Source: Acidobacteriota bacterium (GTDB lineage Bacteria; Acidobacteriota; Thermoanaerobaculia; Multivoradales; Multivoraceae). From it: a stretch of DNA of 64,000 nucleotides. The notes under the pieces were generated by a model. The model searched no databases, was not told the DNA's origin, and saw only the letters and a program-made list of their open reading frames with translations. Below are positions 50,261 through 62,034 of this stretch, piece after piece (the stretch's first letter is position 1; every line of letters starts with the position of its first letter). The stretch is taken from positions 19,402-83,401 of the forward strand of contig JAPPFP010000030.1 in NCBI GenBank assembly GCA_028877275.1, given 5' to 3'. A program made the position numbers and the translations under genes.

Positions 50261-50270
50261 TGGGCGACGA

Positions 50271-52313
50271 TCAGCCGGCGAGCAGGCGACGGGCGCGTTC
50301 GGCAATCGCCGCGGCGTTGATGCCGAGGTTCTCGACCAGAGCCCCGTACGGGGCGGAGGCGCCGAAGCGGTCGAGGCCGAGGACGTCGCCTTCCGAGCCG
50401 GTCCAGCGCTCCCAGCCCAGGGTCGCCGCGGCTTCGACGGCGAGCCGGCGGCGGACGCCGGGCGGCAGCACGTGGTCGCGGACCTCCCGCGGCTGCGCGG
50501 CGAACGCCTCCCAGGAGGGCATGCTGACGACGCGGACGGCGTGGCCTTCGGCGGTGAGCTCGGACGCCGCGTCGAGAGCGGGAGCGACCTCGGAGCCTGT
50601 GGCGATCAGGACCAGGTCGGGATCACCGGCGCTGTCGCTCACGATGTAGGCGCCGCGGGCGACGCCCTCGAGCGCTCCGTCTACTGTCGACTCCAGCACC
50701 GGCAGCTTCTGGCGGGTGAGGACGAGAGCGCAGGGGCCCGGCGTGTCGAGCGCCAGCGCCCAGGCGGCGGCGGTCTCGTTCGCGTCCGCGGGCCGAACGA
50801 CGACCAGGCCCGGCACCGCGCGCAGGTGCGCCAGGTGCTCGATCGGCTGGTGGGTCGGCCCGTCCTCGCCGAGGAAGACGGAGTCGTGGGTGAAGACGTA
50901 GATCGCCCGGAGCTCCATCAGGGCGGCCAGCCGCAGGCTCGGCTTGAGATAGTCGAGGAAGCAGAGGAAGGTGCCCCCGTACGGACGGAACAGGCCGGAC
51001 AGGGCCAGGCCGTTCATCGCCGCGGCCATCGCGTGCTCGCGCACGCCGAAACGGAAGTGCCGCGTCGGCGCGCCGGCTGCGTAGTCGCCCTCGCCCTCGA
51101 GCAGTGTGTTGTTCGAGCCGGTCAGATCGGCCGAGCCGCCGGCGAGTTCGGGCACCAGGTCCTTCAGCGCGTTCAGGGTGACCCCGGACGCGGAACGGGT
51201 GGCGACCGGGCCGGCCGCCGGGTCGAAGCGGGGCAGTGCGTCGCGCCAGCCGTCCGGCAGGCCGACGGCCAGACGGCGGTCCAGCTCGGCCGCAGCCTCC
51301 GGGTACTCGCGGCGGTAGGACTCGAGCAACCGGGCCCACTCGGCCGCCGCCTCGGACCCGAAGTCCGCGGCCGGCGCGAACGCCGCGCGGGCCGCGTCGG
51401 GCACCAGGAACTCGGGCTCGAGCGGCCAGCCCAGGGCTTCCTTGGTCGCCACCACCTCGTCACCGCCGAGTGGCGCTCCGTGCGAGGCGGCGCTGTCCTG
51501 CTTGTTCGGACTGCCGTAGCCGATGTGGGTGCGAACCTGGATCAGGCTCGGCCGGCCGGTTTCGGCCAGCGCCGCTTCGAAGGCCGCGTCGAGAGCTTCG
51601 ATGTCGTTGCCGTCCTCAACCGACAGCGTGTGCCAGCCGTACGCCTTGTAGCGACCGAGCACGTCCTCGCTGAAGCTCAGGTCCGTCGGACCGTCGATCG
51701 TGATCCGGTTCGCGTCGTAGAGCACGTTCAGCTTGCCGAGACCGAGGTGGCCAGCCATCGAGCAGGCCTCGGAGGCGACGCCTTCCATCAGGTCGCCGTC
51801 GGAGGCGAGTACCCAGGTGCGGTGGTTGAACAGGACGTGGCCCGGACGGTTGAAGCGCGCCGCGAGGAGTTGCTCGGCGATCGCCATGCCGACGGCGGCC
51901 GAGATGCCCTGGCCGAGCGGGCCGGTCGTGACCTCGACGCCCGGTGTCAGGCCGTGTTCGGGGTGGCCCGGGGTGAGCGAGCCGTACTGGCGGAAGTTCC
52001 GGATCTCGTCCAGGCTCAGGTCGTAGCCGGCCAGGTGCAGCAGGCCGTAGATCAGCGCCGACGCGTGGCCGCAGGAAAGGACAAAGCGGTCCCGGTTCGG
52101 CCACTGGGGATCCCCGGGGGCGAACCGCAGGTACTTCGTCCACAGCAGCGCCGCCATCGCCGCCTGGCCCATCGGCGCGCCGGGATGGCCGCTGTTCGCC
52201 CGCTCGACCATGTCGACGGCGAGGAAGCGCAGCGTGTCCGTCGCCACATCCAGCGGCTGACGCTGCGGCGGCCCGCCGGTCTCGGGCGTTCCGGCGGCCT
52301 CGACCTGACTCAT
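50271..52313 (-). CDS. tkt: transketolase
   Basis: 680 aa from ATG 52313. [23 protein letters not shown]-like [21 protein letters not shown]. Confidence 0.96.
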   Translation of the reverse strand: MSQVEAAGTPETGGPPQRQPLDVATDTLRFLAVDMVERANSGHPGAPMGQAAMAALLWTKYLRFAPGDPQWPNRDRFVLSCGHASALIYGLLHLAGYDLSLDEIRNFRQYGSLTPGHPEHGLTPGVEVTTGPLGQGISAAVGMAIAEQLLAARFNRPGHVLFNHRTWVLASDGDLMEGVASEACSMAGHLGLGKLNVLYDANRITIDGPTDLSFSEDVLGRYKAYGWHTLSVEDGNDIEALDAAFEAALAETGRPSLIQVRTHIGYGSPNKQDSAASHGAPLGGDEVVATKEALGWPLEPEFLVPDAARAAFAPAADFGSEAAAEWARLLESYRREYPEAAAELDRRLAVGLPDGWRDALPRFDPAAGPVATRSASGVTLNALKDLVPELAGGSADLTGSNNTLLEGEGDYAAGAPTRHFRFGVREHAMAAAMNGLALSGLFRPYGGTFLCFLDYLKPSLRLAALMELRAIYVFTHDSVFLGEDGPTHQPIEHLAHLRAVPGLVVVRPADANETAAAWALALDTPGPCALVLTRQKLPVLESTVDGALEGVARGAYIVSDSAGDPDLVLIATGSEVAPALDAASELTAEGHAVRVVSMPSWEAFAAQPREVRDHVLPPGVRRRLAVEAAATLGWERWTGSEGDVLGLDRFGASAPYGALVENLGINAAAIAERARRLLAG

Positions 52314-52401
52314 CGACGCGTGGTTCCTGTGAGTCGTGGGCGCGGCGGACGAAGGCGTAACGAAGGGCCGGTCAAGCGGCGCCAAGCATATACGTCGCGG
52401 C

Positions 52402-53223
52402 TCAGGGCTCCTGAAAGCTGGAAAAGCTACGAGAGCACGGGTTCTCCAGGTCGAACTGGGCGAGTTCGACCGCGCGAGCCACGGCCTCCTTCAGTGCATC
52501 GGGGGTAGCAGGATCGTCGGCATCGAACCCCACGAGGTCGGTCAAATCGATACCCATCGTTTCGATGTGCAGGCTGAACAGGGCTTCCCCGCGCAGGATG
52601 CGCTGCAGTCCCACGTTCACATCCGTGATCGCCCCGACAAGGCGCGGGTAGGCCTCAAGGTGGGGGAGCAGATTGCCCTCGTCATCGTAGTAGCGACGGT
52701 CGCCGTCTCGCTCCATCGGCGCCAGAGTCGCGGTCATGAACACGTTCAGGCGGTCGACGTACTGTCCGAGGGACAGGAGCAGGACTCTGCCCCTCACGAC
52801 GGCCTGTACCAGGAAGCTGTCCAGCGACTCGAAGTTCTGGCTGTCGAAAGCGGCATGGAGGACCCGATCGTCGTGCTGGTAGTAGAACTCGCCCAACGGA
52901 ATGTCCGGTTCCAGGCCCTCCTCGATCTGCCGGACGACCTGTCTGTGCGGCCGCAGATCCTCCAGTTGGTCGTGCAGGAACGAGACGAGCATCTCGAAGT
53001 CGCAGATGAGGACTTCGCGGTACTTCAGCGCGACTTCCTGTTCGCGCGCCGCTTCCTGACGGTTCCCAAGGAGGAAGGCCAGGTAGACGCCGACGAAGAC
53101 GACCAGGAGTTCGATGGCGAAGAACGGCAGGTTCCTGCGCAACCTGGTGCCGAACCCCGGAAGAGTCGACGGTGTCTCAGCCATCTCGTCTTCCTGGACG
53201 CGTCGCAACCGGTTCCAGAACAT
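52402..53223 (-). CDS. hypothetical single-pass membrane protein (loosely DUF6090-like N-terminus)
   Basis: 273 aa. One TM segment ([19 protein letters not shown]) followed by NRQE. Lower GC than the neighbours. No functional motif recognised. Confidence 0.55.
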   Translation of the reverse strand: MFWNRLRRVQEDEMAETPSTLPGFGTRLRRNLPFFAIELLVVFVGVYLAFLLGNRQEAAREQEVALKYREVLICDFEMLVSFLHDQLEDLRPHRQVVRQIEEGLEPDIPLGEFYYQHDDRVLHAAFDSQNFESLDSFLVQAVVRGRVLLLSLGQYVDRLNVFMTATLAPMERDGDRRYYDDEGNLLPHLEAYPRLVGAITDVNVGLQRILRGEALFSLHIETMGIDLTDLVGFDADDPATPDALKEAVARAVELAQFDLENPCSRSFSSFQEP

Positions 53224-53270
53224 CGCTGAAGTGAGTACGGCGAGCTAGTGAACTGAGATTCGCTCCGGAT

Positions 53271-53297
53271 GCCGGCCAGAAGGCCGGCGCACCGGCA
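53271..53297 (+). repeat. REP-like hairpin, GCCGGCC stem variant (copy 9)
   Basis: GCCGGCC-AGAA-GGCCGGC (53271-53288), then tail GCACCGGCA. Confidence 0.85.
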
Positions 53298-53330
53298 CTC
53301 GGCCAGCCCGGCAACGACCGCTCCGATTCC

Positions 53331-53843
53331 TCAGGGCCTTGAATCAAGGTAGCGGTCGACGGCCTTCTCCAACGCGGCGCTTCGCAGTCCGTTCTCCTTC
53401 GCGCGGCTGCGGGCCTCTTCCCGGTCCACGCCCTTTCGGGCGACCAGATAAGCGTAGTAGAGGGCGCCGACCCGATTGCCCGAGGCGCAGTGGACGAGCA
53501 CCGGGCCGTCCACCTTGTCCATCGCTTCGATGAAGCGCTCGAAGGTCTCGGGTTGTTCGAGGCGTTCCGCGTCCACCGGCACGTTCAGGTAGGGCACGTC
53601 CAGGCTCCGGAGCGCCGCGGGCTCGTCGAAGCCCCGGTTCTCGCCCTCGGCGCGCAGGTCCAGAACGAAGGACAGGCCGTCGGCCGCCATCGACTTGAGC
53701 TGGTTCTCGGTCGGCTGCCCGCCGAAGAGGACGCCCGGTTCCGGGTGCTTCGCGCCCCTCAGACCGTGGTCCTTCTGTTCGGCTGCCCCGACAGGGGCGG
53801 CGAGGACCAGGACCAGGGCGGTCGTAACGGGTAGGTTGCGCAT
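53331..53843 (-). CDS. exported DUF442/dual-specificity-phosphatase-like protein (HCX5R motif)
   Basis: 170 aa. Signal peptide, VLVHCASGNRVG (CX5R P-loop). Start ATG 53843 overlaps the sufT stop (ATGA). Confidence 0.7.
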   Translation of the reverse strand: MRNLPVTTALVLVLAAPVGAAEQKDHGLRGAKHPEPGVLFGGQPTENQLKSMAADGLSFVLDLRAEGENRGFDEPAALRSLDVPYLNVPVDAERLEQPETFERFIEAMDKVDGPVLVHCASGNRVGALYYAYLVARKGVDREEARSRAKENGLRSAALEKAVDRYLDSRP

Positions 53844-54184
53844 CAGAAGAACCCCAGTTCCAGTTTCGCGGCCTCGCTCATCATCGCCGGGTTCCAGGTC
53901 GGGTCCCAGACCACCTCGACTTCGGCGCCTTCGACGCCCTCGACGTCGCGAACCGTCCGTTCCACGTCGCCGGGCAGCGACTCGGCGACCGGGCAGTGCG
54001 GCGAGGTCAGGGTCATCTGCAACTTGACGTGCGCTTCCTCATCGATCCGCACGTCGTAGATCAGGCCGAGTTCGTAGACGTCGACCGGAATCTCCGGGTC
54101 GTAGACGGTCTTGAGCGCCTCGACGATGCGGGCCTCCAGGGCCGCCATGTCCACCGGCACTCCGGTCGCGGCGGTGTCGTCCAT
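53843..54184 (-). CDS. sufT: SUF-associated DUF59/MIP18 Fe-S assembly protein
   Basis: 113 aa. VYDPEIPVDVYELGLIY ... MTLTSPHCPVAESL. Confidence 0.8.
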   Translation of the reverse strand: MDDTAATGVPVDMAALEARIVEALKTVYDPEIPVDVYELGLIYDVRIDEEAHVKLQMTLTSPHCPVAESLPGDVERTVRDVEGVEGAEVEVVWDPTWNPAMMSEAAKLELGFF

Positions 54185-54214
54185 ATCTCAGTTTCCTCCT
54201 GTCGCCGTTCCAGC

Positions 54215-54667
54215 CTACTCGGTGGTCACGGCCTCCGAGTCCCCGCCCTCGAGCGCGGCCCGCAAAGCGTGCCAGGCGAGCGTCGCGCATTTGATCCGCA
54301 CCGGATAGTCCTTGACGCCGCTCAGCACCTCCAGCTTGCCGAGATCGACCTCCGCCGCGCCGTCTCCGTCGCCGGTCATCAGCTTCAGGAAGGAAGCGAT
54401 CAGCGCCTCCGCCTGCGGCCGTTCGAGGCCGCGGACCGCCTCGGTCATCAGCGACGCAGAGGCGGTCGAGATCGCGCAACCGACACCCTCGAAGGTCAGG
54501 CCCTCGACAAGGTCGCCGTCGGTGCGCAGGTAGACCTTGACCTGGTCGCCGCAGAGCGGGTTGTAGCCCTCCGCGCAGGCGGACACGGGCTCGAGAGCGC
54601 CGAAGTTCCGGGGCGCCCGGTAGTGGTCGAGGATGACCTGCTGGTAGAGATCGCGGAGATCGGACAT
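54215..54667 (-). CDS. sufU: SUF-system NifU/IscU-like sulfur acceptor SufU
   Basis: 150 aa. LYQQVILDHYRAPRNFG, NPLCGDQVKVYL, GCAISTASASLMTE, KCATLAWHAL. Confidence 0.88.
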   Translation of the reverse strand: MSDLRDLYQQVILDHYRAPRNFGALEPVSACAEGYNPLCGDQVKVYLRTDGDLVEGLTFEGVGCAISTASASLMTEAVRGLERPQAEALIASFLKLMTGDGDGAAEVDLGKLEVLSGVKDYPVRIKCATLAWHALRAALEGGDSEAVTTE

Positions 54668-54693
54668 CGCGTGCGCTGCGTAGCCTACGCCGA

Positions 54694-55932
54694 TCAGCCG
54701 AAGATCCGCCGCACTTCGTGCAGGCCGGAGACGAGCAGATCGACTTCCTCGTGGGTGTTGTACAGCCCGAACGAGGCCCGCACGGTGGCCGGGACGCCGA
54801 GCCGTTCCATCAGCGGTTGCGCGCAGTGGTGGCCGGCGCGGATCGCGATCCCCTGCTCGTCGAGAATCGTTGCCACATCGTGGGGGTGAGCGCCGTCGAT
54901 CACGAGGGATACGACGGCGGCCCGGGGCGAACCGGCTTCCGTGGCCTGCCCCGGCACACGAACCCAGGGGAGATCGTTCAGGACTTCCACAGTATGGGAT
55001 AGCAGCTCGTGTTCGTGCCGCTCGATCCGATCCAGACCGACCGACTCCAGGAACTCGACCGCGACGCCCAGACCGATCGCCGGCGCGATAGCAGGCGTTC
55101 CCGCCTCGAAACGCTGCGGCGGCGCCGCGTAGTCGCTGCGCTCGAAGGTGACCCGAGTGATCATCGCCCCGCCGCCATGGTACGGGGGCATGGCGGCGAG
55201 CAGGTCGCGCCGGCCCCAGAGCACGCCGATACCGCCGGGGCCGTACATCTTGTGGCCTGAGAAGGCATAGAAGTCGCAGCCGAGCGCGGCCACGTCGACG
55301 GCCATGTGCGGCACCGCCTGCGCACCGTCGACCACCACGGCCGCCTCCGAGCGGGCGCGGGTCAGCTCGACCACGGCCGGGATGTCGTTCACCGTGCCGA
55401 GCGCGTTCGAGACGTGGGTCACCGCCACCACCCGGGTGCGCTCGTTGAGCATGCCGGCAAAGGCCTCCAGATCGAGCTCGCCGTCGTCCGTGATCGGCGC
55501 CGCGCGCACGCGGGCGCCGGTCTGCTCGCAGACGAGCTGCCAGGGGACGATGTTCGAGTGGTGCTCCATCTCGGTCAGCAGCACTTCGTCGCCGGGCTCG
55601 AGAAGCGGCCGGCCGTAGCTCTGGGCAACCAGGTTCAGGCTCTCGGTCGTGCCGCGCGTGAAGACCACTTCATGGCTGTCCGGAGCGCCGATGAAGCGCG
55701 CGACCTTGCCGCGCGCCGCTTCGTACGCGTCGGTCGACTGCTCGGACAGCGCGTGGACGCCGCGGTGGGCGTTGGCGTAGTAGGTGCGGTAGCAGTCGTT
55801 GACCGCGTCGATCACGACCTCCGGGCGCTGCGCGCTGGCGGCGTTGTCGAGGTAGACCAGCCGGTGTCCGTGAACCTCCCGGGCGAGGATCGGGAACGAG
55901 GCGCGCAGCCGCTCGACATCGAGCGCCGTCAT
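54694..55932 (-). CDS. sufS: cysteine desulfurase SufS (class V aminotransferase, group II)
   Basis: 412 aa. YLDNAASAQRP, FSGHKMYGPGGIGVL (PLP Lys), RAGHHCAQPL (catalytic Cys). Confidence 0.93.
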   Translation of the reverse strand: MTALDVERLRASFPILAREVHGHRLVYLDNAASAQRPEVVIDAVNDCYRTYYANAHRGVHALSEQSTDAYEAARGKVARFIGAPDSHEVVFTRGTTESLNLVAQSYGRPLLEPGDEVLLTEMEHHSNIVPWQLVCEQTGARVRAAPITDDGELDLEAFAGMLNERTRVVAVTHVSNALGTVNDIPAVVELTRARSEAAVVVDGAQAVPHMAVDVAALGCDFYAFSGHKMYGPGGIGVLWGRRDLLAAMPPYHGGGAMITRVTFERSDYAAPPQRFEAGTPAIAPAIGLGVAVEFLESVGLDRIERHEHELLSHTVEVLNDLPWVRVPGQATEAGSPRAAVVSLVIDGAHPHDVATILDEQGIAIRAGHHCAQPLMERLGVPATVRASFGLYNTHEEVDLLVSGLHEVRRIFG

Positions 55933-55936
55933 CTGC

Positions 55937-57298
55937 CTACCGCGGTCCGCCGCCGTTGAGGCTCGCGAGCAACCGCCTCTCCAGGTCCTGCCGGAGCGGC
56001 TCGTGGGACGCCTTCTCGACCAGCTCCCGGGCGAAGGCGTAGACCAGCATCGCGTGGGCCTGTTCGCGATCGATGCCGCGGGAGCGCAGGTAGAAGAGCG
56101 CTTCCTCGTCGAGACGGCCGATGGTCGAACCGTGCGTGCAACGCACGTCGTCGGCGAAGATCTCGAGCTGTGGATTGCTGTTGGCGAGCGCCGACTTCGA
56201 CAGGAGCAGGTTGCGGTTCGTCTGCTTGGCGTCCGTCTTCTGCGCCGCCTGGTGCACGTAGATGCGGCCGTTGAACACCGAGCGCGCCCGGCCGCCGAGG
56301 ACGCCCTTGTAGAGCTGGTGGCTGGTCGTGTGCGGCTGCCGGTGCTCGACCCGCATGTGGTTGTCCACGAACTGGGAACCGTCGACGACGTAGAGGCCGT
56401 CGAGCGTGCAGTGGGAGCCCTCGCCGTCGAGCAGCCCCACCGTGTCGTTGCGCACCAGGCCGCCTCCGAACGCCAGGGACGAGGAGTCGAAGGACGCGGA
56501 GCGCTCGAGCTGCGCGTGCTGAAAGCCGAGGTGGAACGCGTCGGTCGCGTCGGCCTGAAGCCGGGTGTGGTGGAGCACCGAGCCCGCGCCGCAAACGAAC
56601 TCGGACACCGGGCAGACGAAGTAGCCGCCGGCCTTCGGGTCGACAGCGGCGAAGGTCTCGATCACCGAAGCCTGGCTGTTCTCGCCGGCGATGACGAGCA
56701 GGCGCGGAAAGCTGACCTCGACGGCGGGCGTTTCGTCGCCGGACTCCGCGGCGCGCGCCGCGGGAGCGTTGAGCCAGAGCACTTGCAACGGCTGCTCGAC
56801 GACGGCTCCATCCGGAATCACGATCGCCGCGCCGTCCTCGAACAGGCCGGTGTTGAGGGCCGCGAACGGATGCACGCCCGCGTCGGCGCTGCACGAGGCG
56901 CGGCCGGAGGCGTAGGCGCCGAGATGCTCAAGGACCGGTTCCGTGTCGCCGCCGGCGCCGAGTTCCGCCAGAGCCACCGCGGTGACCTGCCTCGGCGGCG
57001 ACGAGACCTCCGGCGCGTAGCTGCCGTTCATGAATACCATCCGGGGACAGTCCGGGTAGAGAAAGCGGGCGGCCTCGCCGCCCTGGAGCGGGCGCCGCGA
57101 AGCCGCTGCCGGCGCCGCGCGCAGCAGCGAACCGAGGTTCGTCTGCCGCCACTCCTCGTCGCGGGCGGTCGGGAAGCCGGCGGCCTCGAAGCGCTCGATC
57201 GCCTCCTGGCGCCGCGCACGCAGAACCTCCGGCTCGCCGCCGCGGCGAGCGTAGAGATCCAGGTATGGCGCGGTGGAGCGGCCGCTGACGACGGTCAC
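55937..57298 (-). CDS. sufD: Fe-S cluster assembly protein SufD
   Basis: 453 aa. C-terminal [48 protein letters not shown]. Confidence 0.88.
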   Translation of the reverse strand: [453 protein letters not shown]

Positions 57299-57302
57299 TG
57301 GC

Positions 57303-58058
57303 TCAGCCTCCGGACGAACCGTTGGTCAGGCCGGTGTAGCCCTTCTCCTCGAGTTCGAGCGCCAGCTCGCTGCCGCCGGAGCGGACGATCCGCCCATCCA
57401 GGAGCACGTGGACGTGGTCGGGCACGATGTAGTTCAGCAGTCGCTGGTAGTGGGTGATGACGACGAACGCCCGGTCCTCGCTCCTGAGCGCGTTGACCCC
57501 GGCCGCCACCGTCTTCAGCGCGTCGATGTCCAGCCCGGAGTCCGTCTCGTCGAGGACGGCCAGCCGGGGTTCGAGCACCGCCATCTGGAGGATCTCGTTC
57601 CGCTTCTTCTCGCCGCCCGAGAAGCCCTCGTTGACGGGGCGCCTGAGCAGCGCCTCGTCCACGTCGACGAGTTCCGCGCGCTTGCGCAGCAACTGCAGAA
57701 AGTCCATCGCGTCGAGTTCGTCCTCGCCCCTGGCCTTCCGGATCGCGTTGAGCGCGGCCTTGAGGAAGTAGCTGTTGCCGACGCCCGGGATCTCGACCGG
57801 GTACTGGAAGGCGAGGAAGAGGCCGGCATGGGCTCGCTCTTCAGGCGCCATCTCCTGCAGGTCGTCGCCATCCAGTTCCAGCGAGCCGGCCGTGACGTCG
57901 TACTCCTCCCGGCCCGCGAGCACCTGGGCCAGCGTGCTCTTGCCCGAGCCGTTCGGTCCCATCACCGCGTGGACCTCGCCGGCGTTCACCTCGAGATCCA
58001 CACCCTTCAGGATTTCCTGTTCTTCGACCTTCGCGTGAAGGTCACTCACCCTCAGCAT
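57303..58058 (-). CDS. sufC: Fe-S cluster assembly ATPase SufC
   Basis: 251 aa from ATG 58058 (MLRVSDLHAKV). Walker A GPNGSGKST, signature FSGGEKKRNEI, Walker B AVLDETDSGLD. Confidence 0.95.
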   Translation of the reverse strand: MLRVSDLHAKVEEQEILKGVDLEVNAGEVHAVMGPNGSGKSTLAQVLAGREEYDVTAGSLELDGDDLQEMAPEERAHAGLFLAFQYPVEIPGVGNSYFLKAALNAIRKARGEDELDAMDFLQLLRKRAELVDVDEALLRRPVNEGFSGGEKKRNEILQMAVLEPRLAVLDETDSGLDIDALKTVAAGVNALRSEDRAFVVITHYQRLLNYIVPDHVHVLLDGRIVRSGGSELALELEEKGYTGLTNGSSGG

Positions 58059-58127
58059 TGCTGTATCTCTCCGTGCGGCGTCTTTCCGGCCGCTTGCGGT
58101 CCTGGCCAACCCCGGCCCCCCGAAGGG

Positions 58128-59575
<1,448 letters not shown>

Positions 59576-59576
<1 letters not shown>

Positions 59577-60031
59577 CAGGTGCCGCTCCCCAGCGGAATC
59601 AGGGTAGAGGCGGCGGTCCGGCCGCCGAGGAAGTCCGGGCGCGCCATGTCCTCGATCGTGACTCCTTCGAGAGCTCCGCGAACGGCCCGGTCGATCCGCT
59701 GCCAGTTCTCCCGTACGCGGCAGAACGCCTCGTAGGAACATTCGTTGTCCGAGTGCTCGCTGCACTGGGTCAGGGCGATCGGGCCCTCGAGCGCGAAGAT
59801 CACGTGCGCGACGCTGATCTCCGCCGCCGGACGCGCGAGTTCATAGCCGCCGTGCACGCCGCGGTGAGAAACCAGCAGGCCGGCCCTCGCGAGCATCTTG
59901 AGGATCTTGCTCACCATCGCGGGCGGCAGGTGCGTCTGCAGCGCCAGCTCAGCCGCCGCAGTCTGGCCGGTCAGAGCCAGTTGGCTCATCAGGACGATCC
60001 CGTAGTCGGCTTGCTTGGTCAGACGGATCAT
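59576..60031 (-). CDS. Rrf2-family transcriptional regulator (IscR/SufR-like, Cys-containing)
   Basis: 151 aa from ATG 60031. [19 protein letters not shown] ... [27 protein letters not shown]. Cys cluster [15 protein letters not shown]. Confidence 0.88.
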
Positions 60032-60043
60032 GGCGGCGAAACG

Positions 60044-60067
60044 GGGACCCGAATAGTCCCGATTCGG
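60044..60067. promoter_or_regulatory. interleaved inverted repeats, candidate Rrf2 operator
   Basis: GGGAC-N7-GTCCC (60044-48/60056-60) interleaved with CCGAAT-N7-ATTCGG (60049-54/60062-67). Located 13-36 nt upstream of the regulator start, in the 79-nt divergent intergenic region. Confidence 0.25.
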
Positions 60068-60110
60068 AGAGTAGCAGCTTGCGCCTTGGAGCGCTACCGT
60101 GTGAGTCGCC

Positions 60111-60884
60111 GTGACGAGTTCGGCCATTCCCGTCTACTTCGATGTCTTCGGCGCGATCGTCATGATCTGGTGCGCGCTGACCGTGCCGGTGCTGGTCTAC
60201 GGCCTGGTGGGCAAGGACAGGACCGGGCGGGTAGGCGGCAGGACCTGGGGACCGAACGTCGACCCGCGCTGGGGTTGGCTCCTCATGGAGATCTCGGCCC
60301 TGGTTGTCTTCCCCGTCGTCTACCTCGCGGCCGGGGAGCGTCACCGGGTCGGCGACCTCCTGGTCGGTCTCTGGCTTGCCCACTACGTTCACCGCACCCT
60401 CGTGTGGCCGTGGATCGTCCAGCGCCAGGCCCGTCCCTTCCCCGCCGTCACCGCCGTCTCGGGCTTCGCGTTCAACCTCGTCAACGGTGCGCTCCTCGGC
60501 TGGTTCATGGCCCGGGTCGCCGACTATCCGGGGGACTGGTTCTCCGACCCGCGCTTCCTGGCCGGGGCGACCCTGTTCATCGCCGGGGCCGCCCTGAACA
60601 TCTCCTCCGACTACCGCCTGTCGGCGCTGCGAGCCAGGGCCTCGGGAGGCGCGATCCTGCCTCGCGGCGGCGGTTTCGACTACGTCTCGTGCCCCAACCT
60701 GACGGGCGAGATCGTCGAGTGGATCGGTTTCGGGCTGATGAGCTGGTCGCTCCCGGGCCTGGCGTTCGCGTTGTGGACGGCAGCGAATCTGATCCCGCGG
60801 GCGCTCTGGCGGCACCGCTGGTATCGCGAGAGATTCCCCGACTACCCCTCGAACCGCCGGGCGCTCTTCCCCGGCCTGCTGTGA
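60111..60884 (+). CDS. 3-oxo-5-alpha-steroid 4-dehydrogenase (steroid 5-alpha-reductase)-family membrane protein
   Basis: 257 aa, polytopic. C-terminal GGGFDYVSCPNLTGEIVEWIGFGL ... HRWYRERFPDYP is typical of the family. Confidence 0.75.
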   Translation: MTSSAIPVYFDVFGAIVMIWCALTVPVLVYGLVGKDRTGRVGGRTWGPNVDPRWGWLLMEISALVVFPVVYLAAGERHRVGDLLVGLWLAHYVHRTLVWPWIVQRQARPFPAVTAVSGFAFNLVNGALLGWFMARVADYPGDWFSDPRFLAGATLFIAGAALNISSDYRLSALRARASGGAILPRGGGFDYVSCPNLTGEIVEWIGFGLMSWSLPGLAFALWTAANLIPRALWRHRWYRERFPDYPSNRRALFPGLL

Positions 60885-60891
60885 GGCCGGG

Positions 60892-62034
60892 TTAGGGAAC
60901 GAGCGTCCGCGCCACGCGAAAGCCGATGTTCAGGCCGCGCTCGCCGACACCCACGCCGTTCCGGCCCGCGGCCCGGAGAAGGGCCGGCCGGTTATTCCAG
61001 GAACCTCCACGCACGATGCGCCGGGAGCAGTCCCCTTCCGTCAAGGCGCTGCCGTCGGTGGGCGAACCCTCGTAGTTTTCGTTCCAGCAGTCCTCGACCC
61101 ATTCCCACACGTTGCCGTGCATGTCGTGAAGGCCCCAGGGGTTCGGTGCGTAGCTACCGACGTCGGCCGTCTCGAGCGCGACCCGGTCAGAGCACAGCGT
61201 GTTTCGCCACTCGAGGCGCTCGGGAACGCTCACATCCGCGTGGTTCCCGTAGCGGCAAAGCTCCATGGGGTGATCGCCGAAGTGGAACTGGGTCGTCGAT
61301 CCCGCACGCGCCGCGTACTCCCACTCCGCCTCCGTCAACAACCGGTAGGCGCCGCCGGTCTCCCGCGACAGCCAGGCCACGTACTCCTGCGCGTCGGACC
61401 AGGAGACGTTCACCGCCGGGCGCCGACCCCGGTCCCAGCCCCCGTCGTCCACCAGCGGACGTCCCGTCGCAGCCGTGTAGCGGTCGACCTCGTCCAGCGT
61501 GACTTCGTGCAGCGACACCGCGAACGGGTTGGCGAAGGACACGTCGCGGATCGGCCGCTCGCGGCTGCTGCAGCCCATGCCCGACACGCAACCCATGTAG
61601 TACCGGCCGGAGGGAAGGACGATCATCTCCGGCCCGCGGCCACCCGAGGCGAGAGCGTCCGAGAACCTCGCTCCCACCCGCCACGACGAAGCCGACACGG
61701 GCTCCGGCCCGCTACGGGGTGGTTCCGCATCCTCGGCGGGCACGACGGCCGGCGGCACGCTTGGCGCCGGGACCGCGGCCGAAGCCTTCGCCATCGCCGC
61801 CAGGACGTCCGCGTGGACCCCCGCCTGGGCGAGAGCCACGAGCTGTTCCACGCCGGTATCGAACGCCGTGGCGGTCGTTTCGATCTTGGCCACGATGACC
61901 TCGGCAGGGAGGCCCGCTTCGGTGAGATTGACGATGTCCTCGTTGTCGAGCACTTCGGTCTGCCCGACGGAGGCGGTCGGAAGCGACAGCACGACGAGAA
62001 GGACGACACCGAGGCCCGGGTCGATCGACTTCAC
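60892..62034 (-). CDS. formylglycine-generating-enzyme (SUMF1/FGE-sulfatase) family protein with N-terminal extra domain
   Basis: 380 aa, GTG start. Signal peptide, NPWGLHDMHGNVWEWVEDCW and RGGSWNNRPALLRAAGRN ... GFRVAR. Confidence 0.85.
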   Translation of the reverse strand: MKSIDPGLGVVLLVVLSLPTASVGQTEVLDNEDIVNLTEAGLPAEVIVAKIETTATAFDTGVEQLVALAQAGVHADVLAAMAKASAAVPAPSVPPAVVPAEDAEPPRSGPEPVSASSWRVGARFSDALASGGRGPEMIVLPSGRYYMGCVSGMGCSSRERPIRDVSFANPFAVSLHEVTLDEVDRYTAATGRPLVDDGGWDRGRRPAVNVSWSDAQEYVAWLSRETGGAYRLLTEAEWEYAARAGSTTQFHFGDHPMELCRYGNHADVSVPERLEWRNTLCSDRVALETADVGSYAPNPWGLHDMHGNVWEWVEDCWNENYEGSPTDGSALTEGDCSRRIVRGGSWNNRPALLRAAGRNGVGVGERGLNIGFRVARTLVP

